Shown here piece after piece: positions 14,301 through 26,500 of a stretch of DNA of 64,000 nucleotides. Each line of letters opens with the position of its first letter. Within the stretch, counting starts at the first letter, position 1. Below the pieces are notes generated by a model, which had not been told where the DNA came from, did no database searches, and saw nothing but the letters and a program-made list of their open reading frames with translations. Origin of the DNA: Lingula anatina (Eukaryota > Animalia > Brachiopoda); contig CM120643.1 of NCBI GenBank assembly GCA_051362555.1, positions 14,420,644-14,484,643 of the forward strand. Reading direction: 5' to 3'. The position numbers were made by a program, and so were the translations under genes.

Positions 14301-14832
14301 ACTTTGAAATCCCCCCCCCCCCCCCCCCCCCCTGCGTGTAGCAAATCGAAGTGGTTATTCTGATAAAAGTACTGTGGCATACAGTATACATGGGATTGAA
14401 AAAAATCATAATCCGAATATCGTGTGCCTATAGTGTTCGTATATGGCATCAACCATAATCACTCACCTTCAGGTACCTGACCGACATTCTGTTGTCTGAG
14501 CTGGCTGTGGCAGAACTGGACGTGGATCTGCTGGTTTCCCCTAATGATATAACAGTTTCCTCCGTGGAATCCGCTCCTGAAAATCGAGCCATTTCTATGG
14601 TCTGCTCTTCCCCGTGGGTTCCGGGCGTCGTATTCTGACCTATATTTACTACCATAAAAATGCCAGAATCGTCCGACCTTCCCCTGTGAGAGCGCCCTGA
14701 TCTGTCGGGGGCTACAATGTTTATGAATGGCTTCCTTGGAGTATCGGGGACATATTTTGCAGTGTCTGATATACTGGCTGCCGTTAGATCAAACGACACC
14801 CCCTTTGCATCATTTCTGCAGCCTGAGGCCAT
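1..14832 (-). CDS. Membrane-bound adenylate cyclase, type 2/4/7 (Drosophila Ac76E)-like; 3' part (rest of M2 and C2) lies left of the window
   Basis: Sixteen GT-AG exons join in frame: 14467-14832, 13199-13339, 12475-12894, 11954-12103, 10609-10724, 5183-5305, 4597-4708, 3964-4091, 3630-3791, 2980-3112, 2199-2360, 1721-1827, 1388-1555, 934-1009, 443-595, 1-11 (~840 aa). There are six M1 hydrophobic helices. C1a motifs are [72 protein letters not shown] and AVHISETT, with both catalytic Asp intact. C1b has WGAEKPF, followed by M2 helices. SILYADIV and WGAxKPF favour the AC2 group. The start codon is uncertain because the frame stays open up to the acceptor at 14907. Confidence 0.95.
5077..5148 (-). 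pseudogene. Decayed tandem copy of the 3' part of adenylate cyclase exon 5183-5305
   Basis: At an ungapped offset of 108 nt it reads [23 protein letters not shown] against [24 protein letters not shown]. The last 27 nt are 21/27 identical. It carries a CAG>TAG stop and has lost the donor site. Confidence 0.55.
5850..5858 (+). promoter_or_regulatory. TATA box of the nested C1q gene
   Basis: TATATAAAG lies ~110 bp upstream of the ATG, implying a TSS near 5880. Confidence 0.6.
5960..8085 (+). CDS. Secreted C1q-domain protein (signal peptide, Cys motif, coiled coil, gC1q; ~326 aa), nested antisense in adenylate cyclase intron 5306-10608
   Basis: Exons 5960-6265 (CAG|GTAAG), 6492-6762 (G|GTAGG) and 7682-8085 (CCAG|) have compatible phases. 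Signal peptide is [20 protein letters not shown], followed by heptad-rich exon 2. The gC1q signature reads KIAFAVG...[15 protein letters not shown]...[11 protein letters not shown]...[12 protein letters not shown]...FTGHLL. There is no collagen Gly-X-Y repeat. Confidence 0.93.
6820..7073. mobile_element. MITE, PIF/Harbinger-like, in intron 2 of the C1q gene
   Basis: 46-bp terminal inverted repeats (6820-6865 vs 7028-7073, 35/46 identical), TAA on the left flank. Homologous to the element at 37676-37829. Confidence 0.65.
7167..7222. repeat. Tandem duplication, period 30
   Basis: ACGGATAACAACGCCCATTGCAACAC occurs at 7167-7192 and 7197-7222. Confidence 0.9.
8112..8203. repeat. Tandem duplication, period ~55, in the C1q 3' UTR
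   Basis: ACCTAACGATYATATRGGCAGGAGATCTTACTGATT is present twice. Confidence 0.85.
8432..8437 (+). terminator. Candidate polyadenylation signal of the C1q gene
   Basis: AATAAA ~350 nt after the stop codon at 8085. Confidence 0.45.
9318..9923. mobile_element. Non-autonomous Tc1/mariner element (internally deleted relative of 15495-17160)
   Basis: Termini CAACATTGGTCAAAAAGGTTGT ... ACAACCTTTTTGACCAATGTTG are flanked by TA. The + strand retains a transposase C-terminus, [34 protein letters not shown]. Confidence 0.92.
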
Positions 14833-15494
14833 TTCTGAACCGCTCCTTGTTGTCAGTTCGTTTATCTGCTTGGATCGACAGTATATAACCTCCCGAACTT
14901 GTGTAATCTGGAAATTTTATCAATGCAAATTAATATTTTTAAACTAAAATCACACTTACCGCTTACGCGTGCATACTAAGTATCCTCTTTTTGTTATATT
15001 TCCAATATGTTAGACAGCCGCCAACACACCTACTGTTTGACATCTTAGAATATGTCAAAATGCACTATTTGAAAAAAAAAAATCAGAAGCTTGCACATCA
15101 GTTATTACGTTCATCGACCCCCCCCCCCTACCCCCGCCATCACTACCACCTCATAATTTTAAAAAGAGAGAGAGAATAAAAATCACATAGCAATACAGTA
15201 TTTCATCTTATCGTTTCAATTGATTGCATTAACTCACATTACGGACGAGGAAGAAGAAAAACCATGATTCCCGATAACATTGACGGTAAACATTGAATCA
15301 GAAACGAACTAAGCCGATTGGCTGTTTAGAGAACCTGACGGACACCAGCATCCGGTTAAGAGTCACCACTGCTGGCCAATGAACTGAGAGTAAGGGGTCG
15401 GTGTAGAGAGCGATCACCACAAACCGGGAAATATCACTTTCTCTCTAAACGCATATCTACCTATCAATCCCTCTTTAGAGTCGATGTTGATATA

Positions 15495-17160
15495 CAACAT
15501 TGGTCAAAAAGGTTGTCCCACCCCCATTTCCATGTACTTATATTTACAAATGATCCCCTCACAGATGTTATTTATTATAAACGGTGCTTTTTATACCGGA
15601 TTCCATGTCTAACATGATGAATGGTTCAGCATATACAAAATAGTGGTATAAATATGCAAATTTTATACCATTTGGTCAAATTTATAACAGGTACCCCCTC
15701 AAATCCACTGTTTCACTGTGATTTCCACAGATGTAAAGAAATGTCTGTTAAATTGAAAAAGGCCATCAAATGTCACCAAATTTACACACAATTAGCATTA
15801 TAGGGTGTGCTCTTTAAAGGTCATGTGCCTAATAGCGTGTGTGTCTACCGCGTACTGCAACTATCTCCTGTAGGCGGCGCGACAAGTCTTCAACAATGGT
15901 TAAAATTCTGTTTTGTGGGATATTGTCCCATTCATCCTAAAGAGCGTGGCGGAATTGGCCCAGATTATTTGGAAATTGGTTCTCCTCTGCCATGCACATT
16001 CCAATTAATGCCACAGGTGCTCAGTAGGATTAATATCAGGGCTCAAAGACGGTTGACCCATCCTCAGAGCCCCGTGTTTCTGCAAGAAATCGCTTGCCAG
16101 ACAAGAGCTGTGAGCAACTGCGTTGTCACAATGATGCCTGTAGCATCTCTGAAGTCCCCTCTTGCAAATGGAGTGAGCTATCCGTTGAGAATGTTAAAGT
16201 AAAATGCCCCCGCTACGTTTTGTTACAAAAGGAAAAATGTACTAATACCATGGGTTTGGAATGTTCTCCGAATTCGGACTGATCTAACACCTCAGGCGAT
16301 ATTATCCTGTACACCAACTTCCAAGAGGCATTTTTGAACATGTCTACGACCCTCATTTGACCATCCATGGGATACAAGAAGTAACCTAATTCAGCATCAA
16401 AACCTTCTTCCTTCCAGTGATGGATGGCCAGGTTGAGGTGCCTGTGGGACCACTGAACGTAGCATTCTCAGCTGATATCTCACTCCATCTTTAAGAACTG
16501 ACTTTGGGGTTAACTCCGGGCTTAATTATGACAGCACACTTGCTCAAACCTCTCGCCTGGCAAGTGATTTGTTGTAGAAACACAATGCTCTAAGGATGGA
16601 ATCACCATCTTTGAGCCCTAATAATAACCTTACTAATCAACTGTGACATGATTTGGAGTGTGCAATGCATAGGAGAATCAATTTCCAAATAAACTGGACC
16701 AACTCCGCTACCCTTTTTAAGAAGAAAGTGGCAATATCCCACAAAACAGAATTGTTACCCGTGATGAAGTTTTGTCGCGCCGTCTACAGGAGATAATTGC
16801 AGTACGCGGTAGCTGCACACGCTATTAGGCACGTGACCTTTTACGAGCACACCCTAATGCCAATTGTGTGCAAATTTGGTGACATTTGATGGCCTCTTTT
16901 CAATTTAATGGACATTCCTTTACATCTGAAGAAATCACAGTGAAACATTGGATTTGAGGGGGTACCTGTTATAAATTTTACTAAATGGCATAAAACGTGT
17001 ATATTTTCACCATTATTTTGTATTTTTTATCCATTCATCATGGCAGACACGGTTTCTGGAATAAAAAGCACTATTTCTAACAATTTACAACTGTGAGGTG
17101 ATAATCTGTAAATAAAAGTACATGGAAATGGGGGTGGGACAACCTTTTTGACCAATGTTG
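15495..17160. mobile_element. Degenerate Tc1-family (DD34E) transposon derivative with ~635-bp inverted arms
   Basis: TA-flanked, with the same termini as 9318-9923. The minus strand of the left arm encodes DNAVAHSSCLASDFLQKHGALRMGQPSLSPDINPTEHLW, with 34 residues between D and E. The right arm (~16524-17160) carries the same decayed segment on the plus strand. Multiple stops and frameshifts. Confidence 0.92.
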
Positions 17161-17504
17161 TATATGTATATATATAGATACTTATATTAATATGCAATTG
17201 TTAGACGAAATCAATTTGTATTTTGGCTCTGCAATGTGCTGCAAACTTCTCCAGGCACCAATATACATTTCATAATAGATGTTCAGCAATGGCTTACGCT
17301 TATATATCGACATGTATGTGATCAAGGTATTCAAGCAGCCAAACACTAAAATTTCTGCTCTGGTTCTAGCTATGTTTCCAATACCTGTTTCTGTTTTATC
17401 TTTTCAGCAATTTTTCTGGGTGCTAATGCGCTATGGATGTACACAAATATACACTCTAACGAACCTTATTCTGTTTACATAAATAGCACAGGGTTCAGGT
17501 GTGA

Positions 17505-17543
<39 letters not shown>

Positions 17544-20500
17544 ATACATGCATACAGTAGTTCACCTTTCCCTACACACTATAACTACCCTTCTACAATC
17601 TTGAATAATGATTTGTTGACTTGACACGAAACCGCAGATATCAATAACATGTTATTGGCCATGTGTTCAGATAATGTTATGCAAAACAACTTCCGTGCCG
17701 ATTTTCGTTCTTTCTTCATTATTTTCATTTCTGAATCTTTGCTCCTTGATACCAGTCCTTTATTCCAGATGTAATTTGATTGTTTTAACATAAATATTTA
17801 CAATAGGTAATAAACGTACTGGTGTTCAAGAGCCCTGTTTTTTGTGCTCTGATAGATATGTTTTAAAACGTCTGGCATTCTCTCGCTTCTTTTTGAATAG
17901 ACTTCTCTCATGATTCTGAGGTTAAAAGTATGGTGGGACTTTATATTAGAAAATCCATTACCTTTTTGTTTCGTCATGATTCGACTGATCCTTTAAAAAG
18001 TTTGGTCGAACACATCATGCGTTGCTAAAACTGCTAATTACACTTTTCCATTCATTTCAACCTGATTTAAATCACCGGCAATAAAGCATTTACTTAAGTA
18101 AATGTAATCTTTGAAATTAACCCATTTGTGTGTCTCTACATATCTCAACCAATTAATCACGACATATACCACTAAATATACAGTGTATAAGTAAAAAATT
18201 CGCCCTGGGAAAATTCTATCCATGCAGTTATACAAACACTTACTTGCTTAACTGGAGGTTTGAGATTATGTAAAAAAACTTTAAATTAATCCAATTTTGT
18301 TACAGGATGATAGAGATACAGTGCCACAGACTAAATAAAACTACTTCCTTGGTATATGTGACATACACATTACGTGTTAGTTATTTTCACTGCAATTCTA
18401 ATGCAATGCAGATTATGATGCGGTTTATGTAAATCGGAGATGGAAAGCACAGTACTTGCCTTCTGACCTACCTCGTTTCGCCAAATCTCCTTTTTTGTTT
18501 ACAAGTGACAGATACTTGAATGGTCACACCTCAGCAATGGAACCAAGTTCCAGATTCCGGGGATGTCATGATTTTGAGGCCAATCGCTGTCTCTGCTCAT
18601 TGTTCTGGTCTACGCTCTCTCCGTGTAGGCATGTCTAGATATATCTGTTGACATGGAAATGTCCAGGCTCCTAGCGGCAGCGATTCCCAATTCGCAGGAA
18701 CAACTAAACATCAAACACCGAGGACTGTAGATAAACCTTTATTAAAGAAATAAAGAAATTCGTGAAATAAAAATATCCAAACAGCCTGCTTGCTCTGATA
18801 CGGTCCTATTCACCATTATGATTATGCGGATTTTGAATCGAGATTAGAACACTATCTAGAGAGCGTCAGTCGTTCAGAGCAACGAGCGACAGACTGTAAG
18901 CAGATCTTATTTGCGAGGATGTATTTTGTCCTTTGCTCTTCCTGGGAGGAACCGTAATTTGCAGTTCTATAGCGAATGTAGGTCTACACGTACGAGTACC
19001 TCTATGGCAAAAAAGAAAAAGATAATGTGACACAGCTTATGTGATTCAGTGACGTTACTTTAGACATGACTTTCATTTCCGCTGTTATAGCTGAAAATGG
19101 ACAAAAACAAAGTATCTACAGTATATTGCTTTATTGTCTGAGATAATTCTAAGTGTTTTCATATTAACCTAACAAGTGGGGCTTGCACTCACAAGGGGAC
19201 ACCGTTTCCTGGAAATTTTGCTTATGTTCGAACTACAATACAATTAATGAAATCGGTTTTCTGGTAATCAGCCTGGCTCTTGAACAATTTGATTCCGAAC
19301 CTATACCCATGGGAAACAGAGAAACCAAAGAGATTTAGGGGCTTTTGTTGAGGAAAAATTAGCGTCTTTCCATCAAATGAAAAAACCAGGGGCTGATTCG
19401 CGGTAAAGTGTAAACTCTGTCAAAATAGATAAACCACAACACTTAGGTATACAACAGGATAATGCTTACGAAAGGGCCCTAATTGCTTCTTAGCTACGAG
19501 ATTAACTAGGCAAGTTGCCAGTCAAACCTAGATTCCGTCCAGATGCTTTATCGGCTTAACACTATTCTAATTAAGGAAGGGATCACAATGTGTGTCAATC
19601 ATAATGATGCTTAATCCTGAGGAATGAGATCGTAGCTTTTCCAGTGTCTGTAAAGGGGCACGTACAAAACAACGCCATTGTTCATACTTTTTAGTGAGAC
19701 TTTCTTGTTCCAAAGAAATGAGCACCAAGAGGATAGAAACTATTAAGGACAAGCCTTAGATCATTATTTATTTATTTATTTATTTATTTTAAATCTGAAC
19801 CCCAGCTAAAAAGAAATACACCATCCTTTTAAATTCACTTTCATAGGTACACAATGCCCTGGACGAATATTCTAATGATAGCTTCCATAATATCACGTTT
19901 AATCATATTTTGTTGATCATAAGCCTTGTGTCTGCCCAAAGGTACACTCTTATCACATTCCAAAACGTACTAAGACAGCTTGATGTTGCCCATTTTAGGA
20001 ACAATTAGACGCAAAAATGGAATCTTGTAGTTCTTAATTGTAATGCCGGTGATTCGTTTAAACAATAACTGTATTCAATAATGTGGGCGTTTGTGATAGA
20101 AAAGACCTGCGGGTAGTGTTAGTAAACGCTTAATCCGTTTATAAGACCTGTATATTGCTGACAATAATGGATGCCATTGATTCAGATATTAGCGCTCATG
20201 GGTGTAAATGTAAAGCATCTTACAGTAAAAGTCAGAGAGAGCAAAATCATTCGTACAGCACGACCAGATGTCGACTGTTTATTTTATTACCTTATCTATA
20301 GACGCTTGGCAGTGTAAGGATTCTTTTATTACCTTCAACCATTGAGGACATCCTGTTCACTGTCTGTACTTGAAAACACTCCATCCTTGCGACGGGCAAA
20401 TTGACATTTTGTAATACATAAGCAATGAAAAATATTTCAGTTTTGTTTACCATAAGCGCATCCTTTCTGCACGCCACATACGCCAAATGTTCTCTACTTG

Positions 20501-22458
20501 GCAAACTCAAAACCACGTTTGAAATGCTATTGACTGTTGACTGTGGCAACGTTAATTTGCCTAGGCTGCAGGTTGTTGACAATTTAACGGTTTGTTAATA
20601 ATAATGATGATAACAACGTTTATAATGACAGGCTATCTAAATCTTATAAAGTAAATATTATTGTTGTTATTGTTATTGTTTTTGTTGTGGTTGTTGTTGT
20701 TGTTATTGCCTAATTTCTGCTTTAAATCATTTTTATTATTTTTAAAGCTATTTATTGTATAAAAATTTGTATTTTGCATTGGAAGTGAATGGCGTCGCCA
20801 AATTAAGCGTCAGAACAAACTTACTGATGCACTTTATGTAACTGAATTCCACTTGTGACACGCTCTTTGAAAATTCACCATGATATAAGTACGAAATGGT
20901 CACATTTTAATCATGGCAGCATGGCAGAAAAATGTTATCTACTGATAACTTCTGGCGCAAAGTCTAATATTACGTCTGGTCAAGATCAAGGTGAAGGGTG
21001 TCTTCATTTCAGCTGTACATCTCGGACGTTTTTAGTGACGACAATTCTTCAAAAGTGCCTCTTTTTAATAGGGTTAACGACAAATTTCCCATACGTTCCC
21101 ATGTTTTTAAAGTATCCGTTCCAACATTCAAATCTAGTCCATTGGCTTTTTAAAGTGTGTTTTTGTAATAATTCCTGAAGAGATTCTTACACAGGGCAGT
21201 CATCCTTGAATGTCCACTTCGTCCGATGACAAGCACAGATTCCGGAATAATTGTGGTAACTGCCGTTTTGGTGCTAAAAATGGAATTTATTAGATTTTTG
21301 TGTGTTGTTTACAATGTATTTATTGTGGAAATTTGAATCTCATGTGAAGAGTTGTTATCCCTTTTATTGAAAGCCTTATGAACTGATAGACCACGAGCAT
21401 CAATGTCAAACTTGTAAAAGAAGCAAAAACAAAGATGTGTCTTATCAAGAGAGAAGAGGAAGGGAAAGTAAAAGGACGGGAAGAAAAGCAGACATCTCAG
21501 GTACCTCTTTAGTCCGGAAAAAGATGCACTGCATAGTGCCAGAAGCAACCACATATACATATATCATAAGCACTTTTTTAATTTGAACAAAAAGAAAGAT
21601 TTTATTCAAAAACGGTTATAAAATTTTCACTTTTTTAATTGTTATATCGAATTGTGGGCCCTGACAAAACAGCTAAAAATCAGAACTCCATCCATAGGGC
21701 AGCCTGTACGGTAAAGAGGGCACCAACTGGCTCGAAATCTACTCCATGGCACTTTGCTTTCAGTCCTATTGTTAGATTGCTTAACGTAATTGCCAATTGA
21801 TTCAAGCATCCAAAACACTTTTTATTATCCAATTAATGCCCAATCTTTTTTAATTCTTGTTGTCCCCACCGATATTCTTTGCCGTGCCTTAATTACCAGC
21901 AGTATCTTCTTGGATGTGCAGAGTTAAATATTTCTAATACTATTCGTGTTATGTCTAAGACATGAAATTGATATCAATCAAAATTTTTGTTTTTTAAAAA
22001 ATCGCCCTGAACTACCTTAAAGGAAGTAAGAAAATATTTTTGCAATACCATTACGTCTATTTAACACTTTTAATGCAATTCCTTTTCTACTGCAGCTGAA
22101 CGCTACAGGTAATTTTGAAACACTTGTCTGTCACTTTCATGATGAATATTGCAAACTGCCTGCACACTAACCTTAGAAGTAATAAAGAATAGACCTACTA
22201 AGGCATAAGGCTGCTGGCAGAATCACCACTAGTTTCAGTCTGTCAGACAATTTACATATAAAACACCACATGGGCGACACGCTACACGCGAGCTAGAGTA
22301 ACACGTATAGCCTTCGAAAGGAACAACTGGACATCGGTGGTAATTTTGCAGTGTGGAAGGGCTAAGCCGACCAACTGCAACGGCATAATATGAAGCATGT
22401 TAAATGATGGCCACGTACATACATGGTAAAACTGCCTGGTCCATGATAGCTTGAAATG

Positions 22459-22499
22459 CCAGAGGACCTGCAGAACTTTTGATATCGCAGGTCCTCTGG
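22459..22499. repeat. Perfect 13-bp inverted repeat with 15-nt spacer
   Basis: CCAGAGGACCTGC ... GCAGGTCCTCTGG. Confidence 0.85.
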
Positions 22500-23544
22500 A
22501 ATGGCAAGGTTTAAGGTTTAAATAATACACTACTAGACTATACACGATAATAAATCAAAAGTAACCATAGACTAACGGACATAAAATACTTCGTTTGAAC
22601 CAGCACAGAATTGGTAGTACCTGCATTCTTCTTTTCCTCTGGACCTTCAGTAGGCCCTATCTCCAAAGTTTTCCCCATGCCTGGCCACGTGTGCCCCTTT
22701 AATAGGCCTTCGACGATTTAATAAATCAGTTTAACCTGCAACCAACAGGCAGTACACAGTTTTTGCATCATTCATATATCTTATCTTTAGCATAGCAGAA
22801 TTCTGAGTCGTAATAATAGAAAGTGCTGTTTTCTGCGGAAAAAACATCTTTATTAACTCTTATCAATATTGCGGTTGTGGTTAACAACACGTTCATGCCA
22901 CAAATGAATTGTCTACATTGCCTTAAATGCCTTTAAGAAATGGTGTACGTATTTTCCTTCCTTGTTATTGTAGAAATACTTAATTTTATAGCATGCAATC
23001 AACCTTATTTTATTGCGTTTCTATATGCACATGTACAGCCTCGCCATTGCTATTGAATGGTGGAATGTATTGCGATTGAAATAATGTTCCGTGAAAGGAT
23101 GAATACTTTGTGTGAGCAGTAGAGAGACGAGCTGTATGCTTCAACCAACCTATAAATTAACCTTTTTAGCTGTTCTCCTTTTTGCATCTTTTAAAGGACC
23201 TAACATTGCAATCACACATATTGTTGATTTGGCATTTGTATAACAAACATGCAAACCGTTCGAGTGTGATTAACATGAAATAGTATTCGTCTTCGTCCTT
23301 TCCTTCTACAATAGAATGAAGTCACTTGGTCCATTGTGAGATCCTGTCTTTCTGTCCAAAATAGAAAAACACTGTGAGACAAGTTAAATGAAAATATCTA
23401 TCTATTTAAAACACGCATGTTAACAGACAAATATATAATCCCCTATCAAAAAATTGTCACCCCTAATGCAATGCATAAAATGATACAGAAAATCAATTCA
23501 TAAATCATACCTATCTCATTAGCCGTAGAGACGCCTTCAAATAC

Positions 23545-23547
<3 letters not shown>

Positions 23548-23588
<41 letters not shown>
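23548..23588. repeat. (GA)n microsatellite
   Basis: Seen directly. Similar tracts lie at ~55877-55908 and ~59847-59869. Confidence 0.95.
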
Positions 23589-23591
<3 letters not shown>

Positions 23592-26500
23592 ACAATTGGA
23601 TGTGAAAACGCAATCGGATGAGATAGCGCATTTTATAAAGTTAACCCTCCATACAACACTTATGGGAATGTTTGCACATTAAGTGTATCCGATAAATATT
23701 AGATCAAAATGGACTTCTCACTGTTGAATACGGGTTATTCCCCTCCTCCCTTTTTTCGCACAATGTTTAATTTTGGATAAGGTAATGTCGGCACAATGTA
23801 AAGGCAAAGGTCAATTTAACCATCAATATAGACATGACTATCAACTGATTACACTGATTACACAATTCAAAGTGATGGATCCATTTATCCATTTCAACAA
23901 TGAAAGACGTGCGTGATTCAAGACGTATCAATCTTTATAGTGTTCTTAGGATTATGATTCATTGGTCTGGGTATATATTCCACCCCGGTCGTTTCTAGAT
24001 GCCTACAATAGATGGTCTCAAATTGACCGCAAGCTTCAGATAAAGAGTAAGCAAGTCGCCTTGTCACTTTCAGGGTGTTGCTGGCACGTTGGTAAGTGTA
24101 AATTTTATGTGAACATGCGGCCATTTTTTTGGTGAACTGAAATTAATTTACCCAGAGGTGTTAAAGTTTACCTGTGAAGACGATGAAAATGGTTTATGAG
24201 TTGCAGTTCAATAACTTAGGTTTATTTCAGGTTATCTGAACACGTGCTCTCGCGCTGCGGGCCATGACAGGTGAGTCCGCGGATGGGAAAGAAAGTGGCA
24301 ACTATTTAGGAATGCACGTGATGTAATACTTCTCCCAGTGCGCATGAAACAGATTCCAAACAAACTCTGCCCAGTATTTACAAACTGAAATCCCAGTTAT
24401 TAAACAAAAAAAAATGCAGTTATCTGATGACACGGTCACGCTTTTACAGCAGTTTTACTTATTTAATTTTATTACGTAAGATGTCTCCACATTTTCAACC
24501 ATCGTGGATGGCAAGCTTCAGGACGGTGCGTCTTTTATCTTGCCATAAATGCCTTCTTTCCCTAAACTTATCTAGCCCCACGTTATATCATGCGTTTAGG
24601 TTATTTCTCAGATTACGTTTATATCTGGACATAAATGTTAACGGTCAAGGTGGTCCGATAACGGCGGGCGTCTGCTCGAGCTTTCATATAATGTTGGTTT
24701 ATATGCTGCTGCGCTTGAAGTAACTGCACCACCAATTTTAAGACCAAGACAGAGTTCAGGGTGTCGAAGGGTGAAGATCTACAAAAACTGCTGTCTAACG
24801 ACGTGTTGTTAACACCATGTGGGCTCAGTATTGACTTGAGTGCAATAAACTTATAAGGTGCGCAGCTTGCCATCCAAGAGATCAGGGCCCGAGTGCCAGG
24901 ATTCCGATGGTTCCCAAGCGGTCAGGGTGAGAAGTTCTATGGCTTTAACTATATAACTGACATAAAACATTTTCAAGTGCCGGACAGAAAGGCGGGGATT
25001 TGCGATTGATATAAAACCAGCAGTTTAAGGTGAGCTTACAGCTGTCGAATGTTCAAAGTATCGGTCAGTGTAGGCACATTTGGGTGCAGGGTTTACCGAT
25101 GGTACCTTGTCATTCGAAATGAGCTCTTATAACACTGTATGGTCAGTGCTGATCATCAAGGCAAGTGCCCGTGAAAACTATGCTGCGTGAAGTTGTCCTT
25201 TGAAATTTCGTAATTGGCGGGCATGAACGTATCGGGCACTCGAACACATGTATGCAGATTTGACTGTCACCGATTCCGCATGGATTTTATTTGAAGGCGT
25301 TAAATGTAGCAGGTAAGGGATGCGCAGGCACGTGTATGTGCATAGAATCAGGTGCGTGCTTGGCATGGGTGCGCGTGTTTAAGTGGGAGCAGGCGACGGA
25401 ATGAGCGAGGGAGAGAGACACCGAGCAGTTTACATTCACGTCGGCTTTCTCGTCTTGTATGACGTCGCTCGGTGCTGACAGCCTCTTTTTAGGTTATCTC
25501 AGGTGATTTTCATCAGGCTGATAAACAGAATTGTAAATAAACAGTTTAATCAATAAAATAATTGGTTCATTTTATAAAACAGATGGTGCCGCTTTGAGTG
25601 CTACGCTCATGTTTGTTAAGCACTGAATTATCTGTTGGAAAATTATCAGTATGTGCTTGTGAGAAAGAGAGAGAGAGATAATCAGTCTTAGAGAAACAAA
25701 CAGGAACGTCAGCTTAACAATTTAGATGTATTAGGAATTTTTTTCTTGGATGGCAGCCGTGATCGTGATCAAGTGGTTGTAGGGAAGCTTTAAAATCCAA
25801 GCCTTTCTAATTACACCGTTACACGGATATAAACGTACGTCAGAGCATTAAATATCACTCATACATGTATACGTACTATACTAATATAATGCAGACAGTG
25901 ATGTCAAACTTTGCATGAGGTGAAAAATAAAATCATCGCAAGATCGATGAAAAAATGATGAAATAAATTATTTATGAAAGAGATAGGTATTACATTGTAG
26001 GATAAATATATAAAAAATGGAATGGCGTAATAATAATAATTATAAATTCGGTGAAAATGTTAATAAACCAATACACAGTCAAGTAATAGGGGCCTTAAAA
26101 CTTCATTCACCTAGGGCCATTGCAGGAAGTTCGTAGGCGAACCTCAGTACTGGAGAACCAAATATCGTTAGGTCGTGTCCTGTATAGAACTCATCGAAAG
26201 AAAAACGTCAGCATTGTTTTGAAGTGTCCTCAAGAGATCACAGTTAGCAAAAGTAATGACGATCACTCTCTAATCATCGTTTTTCTTGGATCTCGAAGTC
26301 TCGAGGCCATCTGCGGCTTGCCAGGGTGAAATGCGAAGTTCGCGTGATATTGGAATATCAGCGGCTGTTGTTCTGAAATAATAAACAATAAAAATGCGTG
26401 TGTATGCTCATCACTTTAAGTATGATAAAGATGTATTTTATCGACAGGGACTGGAACCCACTTTTGTTCTGCGCTTCAGATTTCGAGGGATAAAAACCAA

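Noticed and set aside
15621-16282. Plus-strand ORFs of 60-131 aa (and minus-strand ORFs at 9366-9834)
   Set aside because: They are antisense readings of decayed Tc1 sequence. There is no intact transposase.
18472-18720. GC-richer segment ending in a minus-strand donor, as a possible coding first exon of the cyclase
   Set aside because: Every ATG-initiated frame checked hits a stop before the donor, so it is at most a UTR exon.
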